DNA of 64,000 nucleotides from a bacterium (GCA_043811375.1 JBDRNJ010000057.1:1-64000); one strand, 5' to 3'. Shown: positions 11,657 to 21,803, counted from the first letter of the stretch. Numbers and translations are program-made. Notes: generated by a model not told the origin, from the letters alone.

Positions 11657-13105
11657 TTAATCCACGCAGTTGACATCGAGTTTCCGGGCCGCCCCGACCT
11701 CGTCCAGTCGGCGCACCGGTGTGTCGTGCGGAGCGGTAGTGACTGTCTCAGGATCAGTGATGGCTTCCTGCGCGATCTGTTTCATCACCGAGGCAAAGTA
11801 GTCGAGTGTTTCCTTGCTTTCGGTTTCGGTCGGCTCGATCATCAGCGCTTCCGGAACGATAAGCGGGAAGTAATTGGTGGGCGGATGCATGTCAAAATCA
11901 AGCAGGCGTTTGGCGATGTCCAGGGCGCGGACGCCCTGTTTTTTCTGCCGCGATGCCGAAATGACAAACTCGTGCATGCAGGGGATGTCATAAGGCAGTT
12001 CGTAATCCCGGCGCAGCAGTTCTTTGAGATAGTTGGCATTCAGGACGGCGTGTTCCGAGGCTCGCCTCAGACCGGCTCCGCCCAGTGTCCTGATATAAAC
12101 CCAGGCGCGCACTAAGTTGGCGAAATTGCCGTAGAAACTGTGCAACCGCCCGATGGAATGAGGGCGATCATAGTTGAAGTACAGTTTTCCGTCGTTGTCC
12201 TCCTGCAGCAACGGCAACGGCAGGAATTTGTCCAATTCAGCGGTGACACCTAGAGCTCCGGCGCCCGGCCCGCCGCCACCGTGTGGGGTGGAGAATGTTT
12301 TGTGCAGATTGAAGTGCATGATGTCGAAACCGACGTCCCCGGGTCGAAAAATACCCATGTTGGCGTTGAGGTTGGCGCCGTCCATATAAAGCAGGCCGCC
12401 CCGCTGGTGCACGATGTCCGCAATTTCTTTGACGTGGGTTTCAAACAGGCCCAGGGTGTTGGGGTTGGTCATCATGATGCCGGCGACGTCTTCATCCATG
12501 ACCTCGGCCACCGCCGATGGTGAAATAACGCCCTGCTCGTTGGAAGCGATCTGGATAGTGCTGAAACCTACCGACGCTACCGATGCCGGGTTGGTGCCAT
12601 GGGCCGAATCGGGGATAATGATATTACTCCGCGGTTGACCCCGGTCAATGTGACAGGCCCTCATGATCAGCAAACCGGCAAACTCGCCGTGGGCGCCGGC
12701 TACCGGTTGCAGTGAGATACCGGCAAAGCCTGAAATTTCCGACAGGAACTCCTGTAGTTCCCACATCAATTGCAGCAACCCCGGAGCCGAGCTGCATGGC
12801 GCCAGCGGGTGGTGACTGCGAAAGCCCGCCAGTGCCGCCGCGGCCTCGTTGGCCCGGGGGTTGTACTTCATGGTGCACGACCCTAGCGGATAGAAACCCT
12901 TATCTATGTGATGGTTCTTGACCGACAACCCGATGAAGTGACGCATCGCTTCACCTTCCGTCACTTCCGGTAGCGCCGCCGGCTGCGAGCGCCGGTGTAC
13001 CGCCGGAATAGCCGCCAGTATCTCCGATTCAGTTTTCATCGTTGACGGCAGTGTGTACCCGGTGCGACCACTTACCGACTTGTCGTATATCAATATCTTC
13101 TGCAT
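11657..13105 (-). CDS. gcvPB: Glycine dehydrogenase (decarboxylating) subunit 2
   Basis: PLGSCTMKYNP, SAHGTNPAS, NLHKTFSTPHGGGGPG. Confidence 0.96.
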   Translation of the reverse strand: MQKILIYDKSVSGRTGYTLPSTMKTESEILAAIPAVHRRSQPAALPEVTEGEAMRHFIGLSVKNHHIDKGFYPLGSCTMKYNPRANEAAAALAGFRSHHPLAPCSSAPGLLQLMWELQEFLSEISGFAGISLQPVAGAHGEFAGLLIMRACHIDRGQPRSNIIIPDSAHGTNPASVASVGFSTIQIASNEQGVISPSAVAEVMDEDVAGIMMTNPNTLGLFETHVKEIADIVHQRGGLLYMDGANLNANMGIFRPGDVGFDIMHFNLHKTFSTPHGGGGPGAGALGVTAELDKFLPLPLLQEDNDGKLYFNYDRPHSIGRLHSFYGNFANLVRAWVYIRTLGGAGLRRASEHAVLNANYLKELLRRDYELPYDIPCMHEFVISASRQKKQGVRALDIAKRLLDFDMHPPTNYFPLIVPEALMIEPTETESKETLDYFASVMKQIAQEAITDPETVTTAPHDTPVRRLDEVGAARKLDVNCVD

Positions 13106-13139
13106 TTCGTGCCTTGTTGCTGCCGGTGACGGCGACCGG

Positions 13140-14003
13140 CTACTTCTCCGCCTCGATTTCTCCCTTTAGTCCGGCTATCTGTTTCTGAGCGTACTCGACG
13201 TCTTCGGATTCAGGGTAGTGCTTTACGAACTGCTCGAAGGTCTCGATGGCCGCAGCGGTATCTCCCATCTGGCGGTAGACTATAGCTTTCCAGACTTCGG
13301 CGTTTTCAGCAAACATGGAGCCCTCAAAATCAGTCATGACGGTAGTGAAAGTCTTAAGGGCGGCATCGTACTCTTTGTTGCGACGATGCACATCGGCTAT
13401 GGCCAGAAGGCATTCACCGGACAGTGAATCATGTGGGTCACCGGCAGAAATAACTTTGTTATACCAGGCCGTCGCCTTCTCGGTGCCGCCGCGGTAGTGA
13501 TACTTCTCTGCTATCCGGTATGCCAGAGAGCGATCATTGTTGGTCTCAGCCTGAGCCAGCAAGTCGACCAGAGTACCGATCCCGTTCTTGTAATTGGTCA
13601 GTTCAATCAGCAGTGAATCGGGCGGCATATAACCGACCACCCGATCTACCTCGGCGCCCTGCGGATCAACCAGAACCAGTGTGGGGTAGCCCATGATATG
13701 GTAGGCGGCGGCCAGGGAGGTGTCCTGTTTGCCGTCTATTTTGGCCATAACCATTTCATTGGTGAAGAAGTCAATGACTTTCTGATCAGTCAACACGACC
13801 GTGTTGATCGTATCACACCACCTTCACGTCGGCGAATAAAAGTAGACTACGGCGTGCCGGTCATCGGCGGCCGCCTTGCTGATGGCCAGATTGGCGTCAG
13901 TTACGTATGGTGCCCTGGCGATGTCGTCCGTTACCCCGGCAGTAATTGTGACGGTAGCCGTCAGTACTACCACCATCATGACAATAAGATGAACTTTGCT
14001 CAT
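13140..14003 (-). CDS. Exported thioredoxin-fold + TPR protein; probable selenoprotein (UxxC)
   Basis: Read by hand from ATG 14003: signal peptide ... AVVYFYSPT-TGA-RWC ..., in frame with the 13140-13796 ORF; GYPT cis-Pro motif; C-terminal TPRs; 287 aa with Sec at residue 60. Confidence 0.85.
13790..13807 (-). promoter_or_regulatory. Bacterial SECIS-like hairpin
   Basis: UCAACAC-GGUC-GUGUUGA; the loop begins 23 nt after the UGA at 13826-13824. Confidence 0.75.
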
Positions 14004-14027
14004 AACTGTTCCCTGTATACGTATTTT

Positions 14028-14420
14028 TTATAGTCCGTTACTTTCTTCCGGTTGAATCAACTCGTCACCCAGGACGGCTTCGAGAATCAATGCCGCCGCT
14101 TCGCGGTACTCACGGGGCACCATGATGATATTCCCGCCACCCGAGAGAGCGGCCAGGCCCAAATGATTATCGATTCCGCGGCCATAGGCGGAGAAACTCG
14201 AGGAGAGTATTACCGACGGGATATTGTTTGAGTCCAGCGAACCGCGTGCGATGTCGGACTTCATGTCACCGGCGACCTGACCCACTATTGCCCATGAATC
14301 GTCCGGTGTCATCGCGGCAGTACCGGTTTCGGGAAGCCGGTCGACGAGTTCTTCGTCGCAGTCGGGGCAAACCCTGATGCCCGTTTCATATTCATATCGA
14401 CAGGCGGGACAGAAGGACAC
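14028..14420 (-). CDS. Zinc-ribbon + DUF2007-like putative signal-transducing protein
   Basis: CPAC...CPDC; A..L.SNNIP...I.VP pattern. Confidence 0.7.
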   Translation of the reverse strand: MSFCPACRYEYETGIRVCPDCDEELVDRLPETGTAAMTPDDSWAIVGQVAGDMKSDIARGSLDSNNIPSVILSSSFSAYGRGIDNHLGLAALSGGGNIIMVPREYREAAALILEAVLGDELIQPEESNGL

Positions 14421-14768
14421 TCAGTTTTCCTTTCTTCGCCACTTATCACCCACGGTCATATCCAGCACTTCGCAGGCTTCTTCGTGGAGGGCAGCCGGCA
14501 CCAGTATTTCAAAAGGTGCTTCATCACCCCGGTAAAATGGCCGCAGCGGTAAACCGATATTGCCGAAAAAGCCGTTTTTGCATCGAAGCATCGCCGGGAT
14601 GTTTGAGGAGACCAAGGCTTCGCGGGCCATGTCGGCGAATACTTTGTTTTCCAGTGTACCCAGCACGATCCACTCGTCTGTCGCAGCGTCGGGCAGTTTG
14701 TAGCCGCAGATGCAGCATTCACCGGAATCCCCCGGCAACTCATGTTTGCATTTGGGACAGAGTGCCAC
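14421..14768 (-). CDS. Zinc-ribbon + DUF2007-like protein (paralog of neighbour)
   Basis: CPKC...CCIC; ADMAREALVSSNIP...ILVP. Confidence 0.7.
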   Translation of the reverse strand: MALCPKCKHELPGDSGECCICGYKLPDAATDEWIVLGTLENKVFADMAREALVSSNIPAMLRCKNGFFGNIGLPLRPFYRGDEAPFEILVPAALHEEACEVLDMTVGDKWRRKEN

Positions 14769-16101
14769 CGGCTATTAACTCCCTGAGACCGTCGACCAAA
14801 TCGCCGATCTCCTGTTCGGTTCGTTTCTCGGTGAGAGCCACAATCAGACAATCGTCCATGCCCGGATACCAGCGGCCGGCAGCGATGCCCGGCAGAACCC
14901 GGCGTTGAACCATGGTGCGGATCAGTTCCCGCGCCGATACCGGTATCCGCAGCGCAAACTCGCGGACAAACGGTTGGTCGAAATAAAGCCGGCAGCCCTC
15001 AAGTTCTTCAAGTGCTTTAGCTGCCTGCTGCGCCTTTTCGGCCGACAGCAGGGCTACCTGTCTGAGACCACTCCTGCCCAGTAGCGTCAGGTATACTGAC
15101 GCTGCGGTTGCACACAGGGCCTGATTGGTGCAGATATTGGAGGTTGCTTTTTCACGCCGTATATGTTGTTCCCGCGTTTGCAACACCAGGACAAACCCGG
15201 TTTTGCCGTCGACATCGGTGGTCCGTCCGGCGATGCGTCCGGGCAGGCTGCGAACCAGTTCCCGGCGAGCGGCAAAGAAGCCCAGCAGCGGGCCGCCGAA
15301 GGAGAGCGGCAGACCCAGCGGTTGCCCTTCGCCGACCACGATGTCGGCTCCGTACTCGGCGGGAGTTTTCAGCAGAGCCCCAGCGATCGGGTCAATGGAC
15401 ACGATCAATTTGCCGCCGACGTTGTGAATGATCTCGGACGCCGCCGCCATATCTTCCAGGCAGCCGAAGAAGTTCGGTTGACTCATCAACAGACAGGCCG
15501 TCCGGTCATCCACGGCCGCCTGCAGGCGATCCAAATCACACAGTCCCTCATCCATGGGAATTGTAATCAATGAAGCATCGCGACCGGAAAGATAGGTTGT
15601 AATCACCTCACGATAAAGGGGGCTGACTGTCTCGGCGACGATCACGTTGGGACGGCGCGTGCTCCTGGTTGCGATTACAGCCGCCTCGGCGGCGGCGGTG
15701 GCTCCGTCGTACATGGAAGCGTTGGCCACGTCCATGCCGGTAAGACGGCAGATGTGTGTTTGAAACTCGTAGATAACCTGCAACGTTCCCTGCGACACCT
15801 CCGGTTGATAAGGCGTGTAGGCTGTCATAAACTCCGGGCGGCTGATAACCGATCCGACAGCTGCCGGGATATAGTGATCGTAGACGCCGCCCCCGGCAAA
15901 ACAGGCCAGGCCGCTCAGGTTGTTCTGCGACAGCTTTTCCGCTTCGCGCAACACTTCCATCTCGGAGTGTGCCGGTATATCCAGCGGGCGTTGCAGCCGC
16001 AACTCGGTGGGTATGGAAGACAGCAGTTGTTCGATATCCGCCGCACCGATCTTTTGCAGCATGGTCAGGCGGTCGTTGTCGGTGTGGGGAACGTATGGCA
16101 T
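14740..16101 (-). CDS. gcvPA: Glycine dehydrogenase (decarboxylating) subunit 1
   Basis: TAYTPYQPEVSQG, NASMYDG, REQHIRREKATSNICTNQ. Confidence 0.96.
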   Translation of the reverse strand: MPYVPHTDNDRLTMLQKIGAADIEQLLSSIPTELRLQRPLDIPAHSEMEVLREAEKLSQNNLSGLACFAGGGVYDHYIPAAVGSVISRPEFMTAYTPYQPEVSQGTLQVIYEFQTHICRLTGMDVANASMYDGATAAAEAAVIATRSTRRPNVIVAETVSPLYREVITTYLSGRDASLITIPMDEGLCDLDRLQAAVDDRTACLLMSQPNFFGCLEDMAAASEIIHNVGGKLIVSIDPIAGALLKTPAEYGADIVVGEGQPLGLPLSFGGPLLGFFAARRELVRSLPGRIAGRTTDVDGKTGFVLVLQTREQHIRREKATSNICTNQALCATAASVYLTLLGRSGLRQVALLSAEKAQQAAKALEELEGCRLYFDQPFVREFALRIPVSARELIRTMVQRRVLPGIAAGRWYPGMDDCLIVALTEKRTEQEIGDLVDGLRELIAGGTLSQMQT

Positions 16102-16154
16102 GACGTAATAACGGGTCCTTTTCGGCCTGCACCGCCGGGGCAGATCGAGGGGTG

Positions 16155-16535
16155 CTACTGCCCGATTATGCCCCTGTAGCCGGCGGCGTCGAGCAGTTCG
16201 TCGAGCTGGGACAGATCAGACATGTCAATCTTAATCATCCAGCCGTCGCCATACGGATCATGATTGATGATCATGGGGTCATCCTCCAGTGCCGAGTTGA
16301 CTGCGAAGACTTTTCCGCTCAGCGGCGAAAACATTTCCGAGACGGCTTTAACCGCTTCAATAGTCCCAAAAGCTTCCATTCTGGTCACCCGGTCGCTCTC
16401 GCCGGGCAGTTCCACGAAGACGATATCGCCGAGTTCACTCTGTGCATAGTCGGTGATACCGACTGTTGCGATATTGTCCTCAACCCTGACCCATTCGTGT
16501 TCTTCGGTATACTTCAGATCAGCCGGTACATTCAC
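16155..16535 (-). CDS. gcvH: Glycine cleavage system H protein
   Basis: HEW, GITDYAQ, EAVKAVS lipoyl-Lys, DPYGDGW. GTG start at 16535 after GGAGG. Confidence 0.95.
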   Translation of the reverse strand: MNVPADLKYTEEHEWVRVEDNIATVGITDYAQSELGDIVFVELPGESDRVTRMEAFGTIEAVKAVSEMFSPLSGKVFAVNSALEDDPMIINHDPYGDGWMIKIDMSDLSQLDELLDAAGYRGIIGQ

Positions 16536-16550
16536 CTGCAACCTCCACAT

Positions 16551-18014
16551 TTACTCCTGACCGCTCTTTGCGGGTACGGCTTTTGCAACTCTATCCACAG
16601 TGTGTTCTTTTTCAGTTGTTTCACGATCCCTCTTGAGCACCAGGGTGGCCTTTGGCTGCGGGGCGGCGGGGGTGCCGCCAAAATGTTTCTCCACGAAAGC
16701 CAGGTCGTATTTCCCGGCCACGAAATCGGGGTGCCGGAAAATCTCCTGATGAAAAGGAATGGTCGTGGGTACGCCTTCGACGATGAATTCGTCAAGGCTT
16801 TGTCGCATCCGTACGACAGCTTCCTGTCGCGTCCGGCCTTTGACCACCAGCTTGCCGATCATGGAATCGTAGTAAGGGGGGATGACATAGCCGGTGTAGA
16901 CGGCGCGGTCAACTCGTACCCCCGGTCCGCCCGGTATGTGCAGGCCGGTAATAGTGCCCGGCGTGGGGCGAAAATCCCTGGTTACATCTTCTGCGTTTAT
17001 GCGACACTCAATAGCCGCCCACCGTGGTTGCAGTTCTTCCTGCCGGTAGGTCAGCTTCTCGCCGAGAGCAACCTGCAACTGGTCCTTGACCAGATCAACC
17101 TCATAGGCTTCCTCGGTCACCGGGTGTTCCACCTGGATGCGAGTGTTCATTTCCATGAAATAATAATCAAGGTTGTTATCGACCAGAAATTCAATGGTCC
17201 CCACGCCGCGATAGTTAACCATTCGGGCGCCGCGGATAGCCGTCTCTCCCATCGTTCGACGCAGTTCGGGGGTCACCACGGGCGAGGGTGTTTCCTCAAT
17301 GAGCTTCTGGTGTCGACGCTGAATGGAGCAGTCGCGCTCACCATAGTGAAAGAAATTACCCTGCTGGTCACCAACCAACTGAATCTCCACATGGTGGGGG
17401 TTGATGATGACTTTTTCCAGATAGAGATCGGGATTGCCAAATGCATTGCCGGCTTCGGCTGAAGCGATATGAAAACCGCGTTCCAGTTCGGCCAGATCAC
17501 GACAGAGGCGCATCCCCTTACCGCCGCCACCGGACACGGCCTTGAGCATCACCGGGTAGCCAATTTCCTGTGCCAGCTGACCGGCTTCTCGAAAGGATGA
17601 AACTACACTTTCAGAACCGGGAATGACCGGCACTCCGGCCTCTTTCATCAGGTGCTTGGCTGAGATCTTGTCTCCCATGCGACGAATCTGGTCCGGCGTG
17701 GGGCCGATAAAGACCAGCCCGCAGGATTCACAGACTTCAGCAAAGTCGGCGTTCTCGGCCAGGAAACCATAGCCGGGGTGTATGGCATCGGCGTTGGTAA
17801 CTTCGGCGGCGGCTATGATGCGCTTGAAATCCAGGTACGATTCGCCGGGCGGTGCCGGGCCGATGCAGACATCTTCGTCGGCAAAGCGGACATGCAGCGC
17901 ATCACGGTCGGCCTGCGAGTATACCGCCACCGTTTTCAAGTCCAGTTCGTGACAGGCGCGTATGATTCGCAGAGCTATTTCGCCACGGTTGGCTATCAGG
18001 ACTTTGTTAAACAA
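16551..18014 (-). CDS. accC: Acetyl-CoA carboxylase biotin carboxylase subunit
   Basis: ANRGEIA, HPGYGFLAEN, GGGGKGMR, EMNTRIQVEHPVTE. Confidence 0.96.
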   Translation of the reverse strand: MFNKVLIANRGEIALRIIRACHELDLKTVAVYSQADRDALHVRFADEDVCIGPAPPGESYLDFKRIIAAAEVTNADAIHPGYGFLAENADFAEVCESCGLVFIGPTPDQIRRMGDKISAKHLMKEAGVPVIPGSESVVSSFREAGQLAQEIGYPVMLKAVSGGGGKGMRLCRDLAELERGFHIASAEAGNAFGNPDLYLEKVIINPHHVEIQLVGDQQGNFFHYGERDCSIQRRHQKLIEETPSPVVTPELRRTMGETAIRGARMVNYRGVGTIEFLVDNNLDYYFMEMNTRIQVEHPVTEEAYEVDLVKDQLQVALGEKLTYRQEELQPRWAAIECRINAEDVTRDFRPTPGTITGLHIPGGPGVRVDRAVYTGYVIPPYYDSMIGKLVVKGRTRQEAVVRMRQSLDEFIVEGVPTTIPFHQEIFRHPDFVAGKYDLAFVEKHFGGTPAAPQPKATLVLKRDRETTEKEHTVDRVAKAVPAKSGQE

Positions 18015-18136
18015 CTATCATCCTTTCAGTGAGCCGGTATCCGAACACAATATTCGGTTCCGGGAAGTCTCACAAACAGTCCGGTAATATACAAGAAACA
18101 GCCGCCTATGACAACCCCAAAGACAACGCACATAAG

Positions 18137-18165
18137 AAAGTCGGAACCACAGGGGTTCCGACTTT
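18137..18165 (-). repeat. REP-like palindrome, copy 2; may also act as a terminator downstream of pilT
   Basis: AAAGTCGGAACC-ACAGG-GGTTCCGACTTT; shares its core with 155-180. Confidence 0.6.
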
Positions 18166-18340
18166 AGACTTGTTTTCGACGGAGATATGCCTTGTCGTTA
18201 CGCGGTTAAAGGCGGTTTGCCACCCGGCCACAGGGGCTTTTATGACAAGTTCCGTTGATCATTTCTCCTGGCAGAGACAAGCCCTGCCACTACGCGGTTA
18301 AATGCGGCTTGCCGCCAGTTGCGCCCGGGGACGGTCTTAT

Positions 18341-19492
18341 TCAGAATTTCGCAAGATCACCGGAAGCGTCCGATGGCTCCTGGTTGTCGGATTGGGTTGA
18401 TTCGTCCTGCCACCTCTCCGAGCTGCCGGTAATACCTTTGGTGCGCAGGTCGAAATCATCCGGGTTGCTGGCGTTTTCCATCGCCTCCTCGAACGAGATC
18501 ATGCCCTGTTTATGCAGTTTCATGATGGCTTGATCGAATGTCTGCATACCGTACTGAACGCCGCCCTGTTCCATCAACTCGATGATATCAATCGTTTTAT
18601 CCGGGTCCATGATGCACTCTTTGACGGCCCCGGAGCTGACCATAATTTCCAGCGCCGGCACTCGTCCGGGCATATCGCAGCGGGCCAGCAGTCGCTGGCA
18701 GACAATAGCTTTCAGTGTCCCGGCCAGCAACAGACGGATCTGCTGGTGCTGGTGCGGAGGGAAGAAGGAGATAATGCGGGTGACTGTCTCCACGACATTG
18801 AGAGTGTGCAGAGTGGTCAGCACCAAATGACCGGTGTCGGCCGCTGTCAACGCTATCGACATCGTTTCCAGGTCACGCACTTCACCGATGAGAATTACAT
18901 CGGGATCCTGTCGGAAGGCGTGACGCAACGCCGAGGCAAACGTCTCCGTATCGCCGCCCACCTCGCGCTGGGTGATTATCGATTTCTTGTCACGGTAGAT
19001 ATATTCGATGGGGTCTTCGACGGTAAGTATATTGTCCTGGCGGGTGGAGTTCAACTGCTCAATCATCGCCGCCAGTGTGGTCGATTTGCCGGATCCGGTT
19101 GTGCCGGTGATGACAACCAGGCCCCGGCGGGTTTTAGCCAGTTGCTGGATGGTGTCGGGCAGATTCAGTTCCTTAAACGATGGTACCGTGGTGTTGACGG
19201 CGCGGATAGCGATACCCGAGGTTCCGCGCTGCCGGAAAAGATTGATACGGAAACGTCCCAGTTTGGCTACTGAAAGAGCCAGATCCATTTCGTTCTTGCG
19301 GAAAAAGCGTTCCCGCTGTTTTTCATTGAGTATCTGGGAGACAACCTGTTCCATGCGGTCAATTGTCATGGGATCGGTGGCGATCTGTTCCAACTGGCCG
19401 TTTACCCTCAAGTGTGGTCGTACGCCGACACGGATGTGCAAGTCTGAGGCCTTGCGGTCAAGCATCTCAACCAGCATTTGCTTCAGATTCAT
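18341..19492 (-). CDS. pilT: Type IV pilus retraction ATPase (PilT/PilU family)
   Basis: ASDLH, GTTGSGKSTT, EDPIE, RQDPDVILIGEVRD, TGHLVLTTLHT, GMQTFDQ. Confidence 0.88.
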   Translation of the reverse strand: MNLKQMLVEMLDRKASDLHIRVGVRPHLRVNGQLEQIATDPMTIDRMEQVVSQILNEKQRERFFRKNEMDLALSVAKLGRFRINLFRQRGTSGIAIRAVNTTVPSFKELNLPDTIQQLAKTRRGLVVITGTTGSGKSTTLAAMIEQLNSTRQDNILTVEDPIEYIYRDKKSIITQREVGGDTETFASALRHAFRQDPDVILIGEVRDLETMSIALTAADTGHLVLTTLHTLNVVETVTRIISFFPPHQHQQIRLLLAGTLKAIVCQRLLARCDMPGRVPALEIMVSSGAVKECIMDPDKTIDIIELMEQGGVQYGMQTFDQAIMKLHKQGMISFEEAMENASNPDDFDLRTKGITGSSERWQDESTQSDNQEPSDASGDLAKF

Positions 19493-19516
19493 TCAATTCC
19501 CTTTCCCGGCTTGGGG

Positions 19517-20002
19517 TTATTCAGGATCAATCAAAAAGATGGTCTGTCCAAACTCCACCGGCTCCGCGTTGCCGACGCAAATCTTCGCCACCCGGCCACT
19601 GACTTCCGATTCAATCTCGTTCATCAATTTCATGGCTTCCACGATGCAGACGACCTGACCGACGGAAATCTTCTGGTTGAGCGAGACGTACGAATCGGCA
19701 TCCGGCGCCGGGGCTGAGTAGAAGGTACCTACCATGGGTGATTTGATTTCAACCAGTCGGTCGGTCTCTTCGGCTGCGGCAGCCTCGACAGTGGATGTCG
19801 TTTGTCCAGCCGGCAGTGGCTGGACCGGTGCCGGGGGAGTAGAGCCCCGCGAAACAACTGTCGGCTGATCGCTGTGGCCGTTGGATGAGGTCGCAACGGG
19901 CTGCGTGATCTTGATCCGACGCCGCCAGGTGGAAATTTCCAGCGATTCTATTTTGGACTCTTCCACCAGCCGTATAAGTTGCCTGATATATTTTTCGTTC
20001 AT
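19517..20002 (-). CDS. accB: Biotin carboxyl carrier protein
   Basis: SPMVGTFY and EAMKLMNEI. Confidence 0.96.
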   Translation of the reverse strand: MNEKYIRQLIRLVEESKIESLEISTWRRRIKITQPVATSSNGHSDQPTVVSRGSTPPAPVQPLPAGQTTSTVEAAAAEETDRLVEIKSPMVGTFYSAPAPDADSYVSLNQKISVGQVVCIVEAMKLMNEIESEVSGRVAKICVGNAEPVEFGQTIFLIDPE

Positions 20003-20092
20003 GTTACTACCTCAGCGGCAATGCGTTCACCATTGAAAGACAGAAAACCCGCCTGCAGCCATGTCCTCTGAAAACAGTATACAGAAATCGGA

Positions 20093-21166
20093 TTACAGCA
20101 CCAACAAGTTTTTTGGAGTCCTGTTGAGTACCTTACAGCTGTTGCGAGTGACAACTACGTCATCCTCTATCCGGACCCCGCCCCAGCCGGAAAGGTAGAT
20201 GCCCGGCTCAATTGTTATGACATTGTTGATCTTCAGTTTATCCTCGGAGGCAGTCGATAGCCGTGGTCCCACGTGGATGAAAAACCCTATTCCATGACCG
20301 GTACCGTGGCCGAAGTTCTTGCCATACCCGGCCCTCTCAATAATATTCCGGGCGGCGGCATCGACTGCTTTGCCGCTGACACCGGCCTTGACCTTTCTAA
20401 TGGCCGCTTTATGGGCTCTCAGAACAATCTGGTAGATTTTTTTCTGTTTTGATGTCGGTTTCCCGACAACGATAGTGCGCGTCATGTCTGAGACATAACC
20501 ATCGACGGTGGCTCCGAAGTCAAAGGTGATGAATTCTCCCTTTTTTACTTTTTTGGCCGAGGCCGCTCCATGTGGCAACGCCGAACGGTAGCCGGAGGCC
20601 ACAATGGTTTCAAAAGCCGGTTTCTCAGCGCCCAGCATCATCATCTGGTACTCGAGTTCCGCTGCCAGCTCTCTTTCCCGAACGCCCGGAGCTACCAGAT
20701 TCAGGACTCGCTCGAAGGCCAGGTCCGAGACAGACACCGCTTTTTTAATGCTGGCGATCTCGCTTTTCTCCTTTACCCAGCCAAGATCAGCCATGAGCTT
20801 GTCCGCCGGTACCATTATGGCGTCAGGAAGAGCCTGGCCCAGTCTGTTTAGCCTGGCAACGGTCAGGTATTCGCTGTTGTACCCATAACGGCATCGTCGA
20901 GCGTTGAGTCGCGGGAAATCCATCAGGCTGTCGACAGGATCTCGTTTGATGATCGACACTTTAGCTCCCTTTACCTGTTGTCGGGCCTGGTCGGCGTAAC
21001 GGAAATCAGTGAAAAAATCGGTTCCACCCGGACCTGTCACCAGCAGACCGGCCGTGCCGGTGAAACCGGTCAGATAACGGACATGGTCGAGATGGGAGAC
21101 GATCATTCCGTCAAGATTGTCGGATTTGAGTTTCTTTTTCAGGTTATTGATTCTCAGAGTCGACAT
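20093..21166 (-). CDS. Xaa-Pro aminopeptidase/dipeptidase (M24)
   Basis: DFG...SDMTRT, HGTGHGIG, TIEPGIY, GVRIEDD. Confidence 0.92.
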   Translation of the reverse strand: MSTLRINNLKKKLKSDNLDGMIVSHLDHVRYLTGFTGTAGLLVTGPGGTDFFTDFRYADQARQQVKGAKVSIIKRDPVDSLMDFPRLNARRCRYGYNSEYLTVARLNRLGQALPDAIMVPADKLMADLGWVKEKSEIASIKKAVSVSDLAFERVLNLVAPGVRERELAAELEYQMMMLGAEKPAFETIVASGYRSALPHGAASAKKVKKGEFITFDFGATVDGYVSDMTRTIVVGKPTSKQKKIYQIVLRAHKAAIRKVKAGVSGKAVDAAARNIIERAGYGKNFGHGTGHGIGFFIHVGPRLSTASEDKLKINNVITIEPGIYLSGWGGVRIEDDVVVTRNSCKVLNRTPKNLLVL

Positions 21167-21803
21167 GGCTAAGTTCCTTATTCTTGATTTTGCTTTCAGC
21201 TAAGGCGAGTTTTTCGCTCAGTCGGGGGGCATTGTTCTCGGCGCACACAACGCGGTAAACCTCTGCTGCCAGCCGGGCGTGCCCCTGTGCCAGGTAGAGG
21301 TCCCCAATGGTCTCGGTAAAAAAGGGAATCCTGTTTGGCCGGACAGGAACTTCGTTTTCAACGGGGGCTGCCGTCAACCGTGCCGGCGCAATTGTCTTCC
21401 GGGCGGTTCGGGTTGACCGTTTCACATCCGACTTCAGACCGCGACAGTGAGCGTCGATTTCGAGAATGCGGCTGTAATTGGCCAGGGCGCTGACCTGGTC
21501 GCCGCCGGCAAACCTGATATCACCGAGATACTTCAATGCCACCAGGTTATCGGGATCGATCGCCAGCACCCGGTAGTACTGCTCGGTCGCGGTTTCAATC
21601 TGTCCCGCCCGATGTAGAGCCAGGGCGTAGATGAGCCGACCGGAAACCGAATGCGGGTGCTGCCCCAGGTGCTCTTTGCAGCTTTCAACCGAGCCTGAGT
21701 ACTTGCCCTCGTCGAGCAACCGGGCTGCCTGTGCCGGAAGGTAACCCTGGGACGACAATTCAGCGGTCAGATCTATCGGTCGCTTGTCAATCAATCGGAA
21801 CAT
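21144..21803 (-). CDS. Tetratricopeptide repeat protein
   Basis: TPR-like helices (VLAIDPDNLVALKYLG); C-terminal TETIGDLYLAQG. Start uncertain. Confidence 0.7.
   Translation of the reverse strand: MFRLIDKRPIDLTAELSSQGYLPAQAARLLDEGKYSGSVESCKEHLGQHPHSVSGRLIYALALHRAGQIETATEQYYRVLAIDPDNLVALKYLGDIRFAGGDQVSALANYSRILEIDAHCRGLKSDVKRSTRTARKTIAPARLTAAPVENEVPVRPNRIPFFTETIGDLYLAQGHARLAAEVYRVVCAENNAPRLSEKLALAESKIKNKELSHVDSENQ

Noticed and set aside
13824..13826. TGA as evidence of an alternative genetic code or a pseudogene
   Set aside because: TGA ends other genes normally (e.g. argF, pyrB), and this TGA's position in UxxC plus the hairpin favour selenocysteine.
14018..14041. Third ECF promoter upstream of the selenoprotein gene
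   Set aside because: AAC-CGTA spacing is 15 rather than 16; too weak to call.
16152..17462. 436-aa plus-strand ORF and similar antisense ORFs (e.g. 18512-19273, 22578-23345)
   Set aside because: Shadow frames opposite well-supported genes in GC-rich DNA, with no recognisable motifs.
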